A stretch of DNA of 58,162 nt, counting the filler, from Sphacelaria rigidula (taxonomy: Eukaryota): assembly GCA_964200075.2 (NCBI GenBank). It is 8 parts of 8 records of this genome, joined end to end, with 100 filler letters (N's around TTAATTAATTAA, not from the genome) between each part and the next. Parts side by side here need not be neighbours in the genome. Positions count along the whole stretch, not along the records: positions 43,699 to 50,880 come from CAXNAA020016093.1; positions 50,981 to 58,162 come from CAXNAA020016094.1; 6 more parts are not named here. One strand, written 5' to 3'. Positions 50,046 to 58,162 of the stretch are shown in pieces (position 1 is the stretch's first letter; each line of letters starts with the position of its first letter). The position numbers and the translations under genes were made by a program. The notes under the pieces are model-generated. The model worked only from the letters and a program-made list of their open reading frames with translations. It was not told where the DNA came from and ran no database searches.

Positions 50046-50880
50046 ATACTTCCTGGAGCATAGGAAAACGATCGATACCCTCATCTTTACCTTATCTGAT
50101 ATCTATCTAGAGGCATGGCGAACATAATTTTCCATACTTGACTCAATATTTTACGAACAGAGGCATCAATTGCACTAAATCTGGATTGCGTGTCTCAATT
50201 TTTAGAGCTGAGCTTCAAAATGTGGGAGGCATGAAGAGAAAGAAAATCTTCAGCTCCAGGACATTTTTGTCATTTTTTATACCTTTTTCATGCCTGAGTG
50301 GCGTTTTAGGGGGAAACGAACGTTATTTTTTACCCTTAGCTCAGCTCAAATTTTTAGAACTGTGATTTGAAATTGAGGATGGAGAATCGCAAGGGCATAC
50401 TGAATACGAGAGAAAATGGGCCTTCATTTTTCTTGCTGGTGGTGAGTCAAGGACGTTCTCGTAAAAAAATGCGTTATTTTTATATTACAATGCCTCCGAT
50501 TCTTGAAAAACAAAAAATCAACGTGTCCCACATTTTCCGTCATGACCCAGCGATTCCACACAAAATGTCAAAGCACAAGTACCAAAACAGGGCTGATAAA
50601 TGGCCTGCGAAAGTTTGTTCCGAATTCGACCGGCCCTGGTTTTAAGTTCTAAGTCGCCTATTCTCACCTCAATTTTGAGAATTGGATGATCAAATTTGAT
50701 ACGGAGGATTAAGAGGGCAAGATAATAAGTGCCTTGGAACGTGAAGATTTTTTTCATGATTTACGGGTGACTTCTTAAAAAGTGGGCATAGATACTTGCC
50801 CTTAACTCATACTTCCTCTGTCTCATAAGTCTGTATCGTTATGTTTGTACGAGCCCTTAACGATGTCCGATTTGATTTTC

Positions 50881-50980
50881 NNNNNNNNNNNNNNNNNNNN
50901 NNNNNNNNNNNNNNNNNNNNNNNNTTAATTAATTAANNNNNNNNNNNNNNNNNNNNNNNNNNNNNNNNNNNNNNNNNNNN
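50881..50980. other. Artificial contig spacer 7
   Basis: Identical 100-bp block. Confidence 0.97.
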
Positions 50981-51563
50981 CTTTCGAGACGGACGAACAG
51001 GGGGGGGGGGGGAGATGGATATATTGATCTCACGGAACAAGACTCGCCCAGCAAAACAGAATGCATAGGTGGGGGGGAGAGGGGGGATACACGACAAAAG
51101 AGGAAGGAAAAAAACAACCCTTTCTTGTTGACATCACTCTTGTCCTACTTGAGGAACAAAGACCACATGGGTAAGATAAGTCGTGCACTGAGTTGTACTG
51201 TCATGCTGTGCTACTAAGGGGAAGGCTTACTGTGTGAGATTGCGACACTCCTTGCGAAGGACAAGAGTGCGCCATTCCTTGATTACCAACCGTACACCGG
51301 ACCAATACAATCATGACGAGTCTGCTCGAGAGCGGATCTCGAGAACGTGAGGAAGTGGAGCGTAACCGCGGCGGTGGCCAAACAATATGCACGAAACTAG
51401 AGCTAGCGAAGGATAAGGCAAGGTTTCCTGCCTCTCTCCTGGGGACAAAAATTATAATTAAAAAAACTTGCTCCAATTTCCACTAAACAAGAAGAATACA
51501 TGGTGAAAAAAAAAGTAATATAGATCAGCATACTGTTCTCTCTTTTTTTTTCTTCACCGTCAC

Positions 51564-51714
51564 CTCGAGAAAAGCGATGTTGAACGATTGCACGTCCGAC
51601 CGGCATTTCCCTTCGATGAGTCCCTTGATTACAGTGAACTTGTGCCACACGCAGCGCCAGGATACTGTCGCCGTGCAACCCCGCCCTTCCGCCCCCGCCC
51701 GCCGGATGACCCAT
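51564..51714 (-). CDS. VASt (StART-like, LAM/GRAMD1/VAD1-type) domain protein, fourth visible exon
   Basis: caaaaag| (R)WVIRRAGAEGRGCTATVSWRCVWHKFTVIKGLIEGKCRSDVQSFNIAFLE |gtgacg; VASt end motif WxKxTxxKxxIE. Confidence 0.88.
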
Positions 51715-52279
51715 CTTTTTGGTAGAGAGAGAGAGCAAAAAAGCAGGCATGAGAGAGAGAGCAAATCGAAAATGATGTACGGCAAAAACAGACAGCAGCA
51801 ATGGTTAAAATGAGGGGGAAATAGTCATCCCTTGATGGACACGGGAAAAGGTGTGAGTGTGTGTTCAAATTGTGGACAGGAACCAGGCCGTGGGTTATTT
51901 TTTTCGCGTGTTTTGCTACTGTATATACCTGTGCACAATGACACAATTGCTCTGTGCATACACTTTTCATGTTGATAGCAGATTTCTTCCGGCGTGGTGG
52001 AGCTCGTCGCTTCTGCAGTACTACACCCCCTCTCTGCGGAGGGGTGATATTATTTCCGTGAGTGGATGCCCCGGAATCTCTTATCCTTCCACCGCGGGTC
52101 TGGATAAAGGGCTAGTGTGACCATAAAAAACTAACTGTCGTGGAGAGGCGGGGGGGGGGGGGGGGGGAGGTAAGTAAATGGATATGGGACGAGAAACCTC
52201 ACCATTATAAGAAACAGCAATCCATCAAAGCTTGTNNNNNNNNNNGCGGGAGGGCAGGGGGGGCGGGGTGAGAGGAGAG

Positions 52280-52280
<1 letters not shown>

Positions 52281-52325
<45 letters not shown>
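52281..52325 (+). repeat. Poly-G tract (45 nt)
   Basis: Homopolymer next to an internal N gap. Confidence 0.8.
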
Positions 52326-52326
<1 letters not shown>

Positions 52327-52427
52327 GATTTACGCCTGGGAGACTTGAACCCCTCAAAGCTTGGGTCTGGACTCTTACTCGCAACTACATCTACAGTCTT
52401 CAAAGGAGTGTAGGGCGGGGGATAGGA

Positions 52428-52780
52428 GGATATACTCATGATCTTGCATGCCGTAGTCATACGACCGTTGTCCTCGCATCCCTACAAAGTCAGGACGGAG
52501 CACGCCGGATTTTAGCCGGACCAGATTCGCAATCAACCAGCAAGCGCGAAGCAGGAGGCGCGCGCGCGCGGGGGGGGGGGAATGTACTCAAAATGTTGCA
52601 TGCCGTGGTCATAAGACCGTTGACCTCGCATTCCTACAAAGCCAGGACGGAGTACGCCGGGTTTCTCGCCGGACCAGGCTCGCAATACCAAACGGAGTCT
52701 ACTCCCGTATGCCACCTCTATCCTCTAAGGCCGGATTGCGTTAGTCGTTTGACCAATGACCACGCACCTCTTTCGAGACT
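52428..52780 (-). mobile_element. Cluster of two truncated R3 copies and an R2 fragment
   Basis: TACTCA..TTGCATGCCGT.GTCATA..ACCGTTG.CCTCGCAT twice, each after a G-rich run; TTAGTCGTTTGACCAATGACCACGCA at ~52741. Confidence 0.75.
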
Positions 52781-53030
52781 TTTAATAGGGCGACCTTCAA
52801 CATTCCGGCGCTCAGTATGTGTTTTTCATACATTACACATAAGCCTTTTACATATGGTGGGGGGGCTTCGTCAAAAGGTACCGACCAAACTGTTGCTGAA
52901 TACTACCATCACCATCAAGAGCATTCATTCCACCTACTCTTTCACCTTCATCACCTCAAGCAACATCTTACAAAAAGGCTCCTTCGAGCAACCGTTTGGT
53001 CGAACTCCGCCACCTCCCCCCTCCCCCGTC

Positions 53031-53337
53031 TGGTGAGACACCCATGAGGCAGTGTATAAGCCGTGGCTGCCTCTGGAAGTGGCAACACCAGAAAACAAAG
53101 CACTTAATTGTAGGCTGTCGTCCAAATGCAAGGTAATCAGTACGCCTCGGACCGAACAATCTTAGCAGGCTGCAGCTAACCCTTCGTGCGACTCGCAAAG
53201 CACATCACGGGGCTACGCGCTTGGTGATTGATTGCGAGCTTGGTCCGGCGAGAACCCGGAGAGCTCCGTCCCGACTTTGTAGGGATGCGAGGTCAATGGT
53301 CACATGACTTTTGCATGCAAGATCATGAATACACCCC
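53031..53337 (+). mobile_element. Retroposon family R3, full-length ~307 bp
   Basis: Starts TGGTGAGACACCCATGAGGCAG, ends GATCATGAATACACCCC; C-runs on both sides. Confidence 0.8.
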
Positions 53338-53549
53338 GCCCCCCCCGCCCTGGCCCTGGCCCTCTGATTACCCCCTCCTTATGTAACGTCGGATGGATAG
53401 CTCAAGAAAAAAATTCCTGTAGAGCACGGCCGGATTTTTAGCGGGATCAGTCGTCGTGAGAACGGCCTATCAAACGATCCAATCGACCGGCGGTAAGAAA
53501 ATTACTGTAAACAACGCAGAAAATACACACACTGGAGTATGACACACAC

Positions 53550-53695
53550 CGGTCTTCAACATGGAAGTTATCGCTGAGAGGAATCCGATCCTCTACCGTC
53601 GTGATGGTGTCGACCACGCACCCCTGGCTGCCGAAGAACCGTACTCGCTGTCGCTTCAACGTGCGCACTTGTCCAGGGCTGCTCATGAAGGTGAT
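53550..53695 (-). CDS. VASt domain protein, third visible exon
   Basis: gttcag| ITFMSSPGQVRTLKRQRVRFFGSQGCVVDTITTVEDRIPLSDNFHVED(R) |gtgtgt; matches xPxxDxFxVExRW. Confidence 0.9.
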
Positions 53696-54456
53696 CTGAA
53701 CACAGGTTAATATCATCGTCATCATCACCATAATTATGATTGCGAGTATGATTGTTGGTGTTTGCTTGCGTAGGTGCGTTTGGGGACCCGGTTCTTGCAC
53801 CAACCACATCGTCGAAAAATCCATGGTTTGCAACAGACGTATGTTTGCCAAACGCCGACTCATGTTGGCAAGCAGACTGAGAACCCTCAGGCGAGGGGAT
53901 AAGTAAAGTCAAGGGGAGCGCATGCCGTAGGCAAAAAAAGAGTATGCGTTGTTAGAAGACCTCAAATCGGGCCGCGCAGCGCTGATTTGAGCACAAAGGA
54001 CGTGAGCGCTGCGCACCGCTGACGATCATGTGAGACTGCCACGGAGCTTCTCCATAGAGATGCGACTTTGTCAGGGTCCCTACTGAGTCGAAAAAAAGAA
54101 AAAGCTATGTAATCAACCATGAATTTTTGGCGAGCGATAGACGACCTAGCCTACAAAACTCGAATACATATATTTATGTATATATATATATATATATTGG
54201 TGCCCTTTTTTTCGCGTCTCAGTGTGTTCGCTTGCGCCGAAAAATATCAGGGCTAAAGCGTGTACGAGTACGCATTTGAGTTGTTTTCTTGTCTTCAATC
54301 TTTTCATTTTAGGAGGACAATCATATTAATGTAGCCTCGAAGAACAAACCGGCTAACCGTTGATGAGGTTTCAAAAAGCACGAACGACCACACTATGATG
54401 AAAGCTATTTTTTTCTCGTGTCAACAGCTAGAAAAAAATAGCATCAGGACACTACT

Positions 54457-54869
54457 TACGCTTCCACGGATGATTGGATGCAGTAGTGCGGGTGCTGTGT
54501 CAGTGCTCTAGCTACAGGGTCTGGGTTCGTGGATATACTACAGTATTGTGGAGCATACGGTGTTGTAGCAGCAAGACAATGAATGAAGACAGTTAACATG
54601 AGAACACGATGTACGCTCCCACGGGGGATCGGGTGCAATAGTGCGGGCGCTGTGTCGGTGCTCTTGCTACAGGGTCTGGTCGTGGATATACTGCAGTGGT
54701 GTGGAGCACACGGTGTTATAGCAGCAGGACAATGAATGAAGACAGTGAACATGAGAACATTATGTATGCTCCCACGGTGGATTGGGTGTGATAGTGCGGG
54801 CGCTGTGTCGGTGCTTTAGCTGTAGGGCCCAGGTTCGTGATGTACTGCAGTAGTGTGCAGCACACCTAG
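54457..54869 (+). repeat. ~154-bp tandem repeat, 2.7 units; related single copy at ~34725-34797 (-)
   Basis: Units start TA.GCT.CCACGG at 54457, 54612 and 54765; the array ends in a hairpin + CTAG|T. Confidence 0.85.
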
Positions 54870-55197
54870 TTTTACAATTCCAAAGAAACCGAGTCTGTCG
54901 CCCGGGACCAGACAACTAGCAAGCGGCTGGGTCGTGGGGAATAATCTCGTGGATGTTTTCTAGAGGAGCGGAGCACGGAACCCCAGGAACGTCAGGAACG
55001 TGCTCTCCACAATGTTGACGACTGGTTTACCCTTTACGAATCCCGAGATGGAAACCTATCTGACCCTGAATTTGTAGCTGTTTTACATTAAATACGGTGT
55101 CATTCAACTGAAATACAGACAGTCGCACCCCCGCGATCGAAAAGGGCAAGAGCCATTGAGCCAGCCAGTCCTCCTACAAACCTGCCCAAACGCTCAC

Positions 55198-55353
55198 ATG
55201 TAGAGGAGTCTTGAAGCGTAAAGCTCGCGTGAGCCCCGCCGGCCAAGGACAACCGCTGCCCTCTTTATCATTATCCTGAGCAGCCGGTCGATTGCTGCTG
55301 GATTGCTCTGCCTCACATTTGTCCTCGGTCGTTTGCCACTCACCGGCGTCAAC
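55198..55353 (-). CDS. VASt domain protein, second visible exon
   Basis: taacag| VDAGEWQTTEDK...WPAGLTRALRFKTPLH |gtgagc; 156 nt, phase 0/0; supplies the conserved W and RxLxFxxP. Confidence 0.85.
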
Positions 55354-55940
55354 CTGTTATCACGTTTTTATGGCAGCAGTAAGTCATACGGGGAGGGGAC
55401 ACGGGGATAAATACCCTTGGTTGACGGAATATGACCTTATATTGATGCAAAAAGCAACAAGCCCAGAATGAAATTCAGAAAAACATGGCGCCCCGAGTAA
55501 AACATTGCGATTATGTGTGAGCACCATGTGGATATCTGTCCCTAACATATATTCTTTGCGGAACGGATGTACCGTCATCTGGGGTCATCGTCCACTTCCG
55601 TCATCGGAGTGTCATCATGCTCCACAGGTGAGCCATGACAAGCACTAATCCACCAAAGCAAGCACTAATCCACTGAAAGCCTTAATCACCCGAGGCCTCG
55701 TCTAGTTCCACTCCCACAAACCATCACAAACACACAGCCTAATCCCCGAGGGTCACCTCTTGTGACCCACGAGGTCATATTCTCTATTCTGCAGGGAACA
55801 TCGTTACCCTGATACGTGTACTCCGAAACCAAAGTCCTACCCCTAGATCATGACCAATGACGATGACACTATTTTTTTCCTGCGCCGATACCCCAAGTAC
55901 ACCGAAATTTCTGTCGATACCCCAGATACTATGTGTTGTG

Positions 55941-56286
55941 TTGTCGTCCCATCTATTCTGGACGCGCGTCTACACCTTTCGGTATTTGCGGGCGCACCAG
56001 TCGGGGTCACACAGGAGAAAGTCCAACACAGGAGCTTTTCATGTTTGTTTTGTTCAAGTACTCCCCTCCACTTCTGGGGTGCTTGCCTTTTTTTTTATCG
56101 CGAGAGGGGTTCAGCAGTCGCTTTTCCTCGTCGACCATTGAGTGGAATTTTGTGTAACCACGACGTGATCGCTCTCCACTGTTGGGCATTTTGCGAGAAA
56201 AAATCACAGATCGCTCCAAGATTCGAACCCACGACCCAATCGTCAGAAGGTTTCGAGGATACCAACTTAGCCACCGGGGTGACCGG
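55941..56286 (-). mobile_element. SINE family A, full-length copy
   Basis: Reverse complement CCGGTCACCCCGGTGGCTAAGTTGGT...GGTTCGAATC, then the shared body and an ACAAC-type tail. Confidence 0.8.
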
Positions 56287-56475
56287 CTCTGATATCCTCA
56301 AATACTGTTCAGTTTACAGCTATCGATACCCGACGTATCCCGAACTCATGTGTTTTCCACGGTCAGTACCCTAGGTAACCTGAAATTGTGTTCCGGGTGT
56401 TGATACCCCAGGTATCTGTAACACTCCATCTTTTCGGCAGCTAATATCCGGAATACCCTGATACTGAGTATCAGC

Positions 56476-56852
56476 CAAGGGTGTGTTGGGTAGTAGGGTA
56501 CAATATTTCCTACATTTTGGGTAGGATATTTCCCACATTTGGGTACAGCATTAAGATCGTGCTCAAGAACACTCAGATATTAGGTAGAGTTAGACTTCGA
56601 CGATCGCACCTAACTTTCACGGTTAGGACGAATCATCACGACTAAGAATCACCAAATTCACGATTTCTTNNNNNNNNNNGTACGATTCGAATCAGTTATG
56701 CTAAAACCAAGTAATTTCCAGACGAATCATTATTTGTCCGACCCTTGCTAACTTTACCCAATATTTGGTTAGAGTGTGGAAACCGGACCATCGCAACTCA
56801 AAACTTCGTGACAGTAAATGCCCGGATTTTTACCCTACTCAACACACCCTTG
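56476..56852. mobile_element. hAT-like MITE with CAAGGGTGTGTTG termini
   Basis: CAAGGGTGTGTTGGGTAG.. / ..TACCCTACTCAACACACCCTTG terminal inverted repeats. Confidence 0.75.
56618..56747. mobile_element. Nested hAT-type MITE (contains an N gap)
   Basis: Perfect 8-bp TSD CTAACTTT (56610-56617 / 56748-56755); imperfect TIR CACGGTTAGGACGAAT / ATTTGTCCGACCCTTG. Confidence 0.8.
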
Positions 56853-56855
56853 GAA

Positions 56856-57161
56856 TGGTGAGACACCCATGAGGCAGTGTATAAGCCGTGGCTGTCTGTG
56901 GCAGCAGTGGCGATACCAGAAAATGAAGCAACTCGTTCGAGGCTTGTCATCGCAATGCAAGCCAATCACTACGCCTTGAGCCGAACAATCTTAGCAGGAT
57001 GCAGCTCACTCTTCATGCGACTCGCCGAACACATCACTGCGCTTCGCGCTTGGTGATCGAGTGCGAGCCTGGTGCGGTGAGAACCCGGCGTGCTCCATCC
57101 CGGCTTCATAGAGCTGCAAGGGCAACGGTTATATGACTACGGCATGCCAGGCCATGAGTAC
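56856..57161 (+). mobile_element. Retroposon family R3, full-length
   Basis: Same 5' end TGGTGAGACACCCATGAGGCAG; this copy lacks flanking C-runs. Confidence 0.8.
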
Positions 57162-57227
57162 AACACGACCTCGGTATCTACCCGAGCCGTATTTTGGTAT
57201 GTCCCCATCTGCTGCATACCCACCCAC

Positions 57228-57344
57228 CTCCCAGTCTCCTCGGCTCATGTGGAAGTCCGGCAAGCCATACGGAGCGTCGTCAGCGAAGAATCTCTCGTAG
57301 AAATCCCGGACCGACACGGGAAACTCCGCTGTTGCCACTTCCGA
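57228..57344 (-). CDS. VASt domain protein, first visible exon
   Basis: ccgcag| SEVATAEFPVSVRDFYERFFADDAPYGLPDFHMSRGDWE |gtgggt; VASt start motif FPVSVxxFxxxFFxDD..FH..RGD. Confidence 0.9.
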
Positions 57345-58090
57345 CTGCGGGTACAGAGAAAAAACGAAATCAAAAACAAAGACACATCAACGACGGATTC
57401 ACATAAATTCTTCTGGTTCATGGACGTCTGTAGTATAGCGTCCGATGTTGTCTTCACATTGGAAAATTCGGTGCTTGAAGACACAAAAGCATGACACTAC
57501 TGTATCAAAAATATGAAAGTAAAAATGACATGAAATGAACATGAATGAACATGAAAACAAATGACATAAAATGACATAAAATGAACAAAACATAATATGG
57601 TGTCGAGGGAAGAAAGGCAGGCATGAATCATCGTCGTGTTTGTTCATCATACAGGCAGCAATATTTCCCGGAGATGTTTGGGGGGGAGGGGGGAACGCAC
57701 TACAGGGGTGTACCCGCATTGGACCAGGAGGGACATGACGGGTGTAATCCTCCTCATGAGCACATAAATGCAATCTGCAGCGATACTGAGTCGCGAGCAA
57801 CTTCACTAGAAGAGAGAACATTTAGTCACATCATTTTTCTTTCATCCACTGGGACCGGTTTACTCTTGCTCTCTCTTTCTCCCCAGCTTCACTTTTCCTT
57901 TCCCCCCGCCTTTTGTTTATCTTTCTTGTCTCGATGTCTTTGCTTCTTTTTGTCATGTTCGTCCGTCGTCCTTTGTTTTGCTCACCACCTTGGCTATGCA
58001 CGTCTGTCTATCTTGTGATTACGTAACCACGGCTAGATCCCTGAGGGGACCTTACTTACCCATTGGTCGTACACAATGATCGGAACTATG

Positions 58091-58162
58091 CAAGGGTCGG
58101 GCAAATAATGATTCGTCCTGAAATTACTTGGTTTTAGTATGATGAGTCGACTCGTGACGAAT
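58091..58162. mobile_element. End of hAT-type MITE (CAAGGGTCGG family) at contig end
   Basis: Reverse complement of 14699-14765. Confidence 0.75.

Overview
This window is not one contiguous locus. It is eight unrelated eukaryotic contigs of almost identical length (6 x 7183 bp, then 2 x 7182 bp), joined by artificial 100-bp spacers (44 N + TTAATTAATTAA + 44 N), i.e. a size-sorted pseudo-scaffold. Short exons in kb-long repeat-filled introns and bipartite signal+'ASAFAP'-type plastid presequences point to a photosynthetic stramenopile, most likely a brown alga (inference). Gene fragments reconstructed by manual splicing: the last 3 exons of a ubiquitin-activating enzyme E1 (contig 2, -); the first 2 exons of a putatively plastid-targeted helicase-associated (HA)-repeat protein (contig 3, -); 2 exons of riboflavin synthase (contig 5, -); an intron-containing BED-finger hAT transposase broken by a 5-bp duplication (contig 6, -); 4 exons encoding a full VASt domain (contig 8, -); and two orphan exons. 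The rest is mostly repeats: two tRNA-derived SINE families, hAT/Harbinger-like MITEs, long fold-backs, a solo-LTR-like repeat, decayed transposase relics and tandem repeats. The most unusual signal is a pair of short retroposon-like families that share a ~70-nt 3' end and are bracketed by C-runs. At one site the empty allele can be reconstructed, and it suggests the C-runs arrive with the insertion. No CRISPR array, rRNA or convincing functional tRNA was found. No database searches were run.
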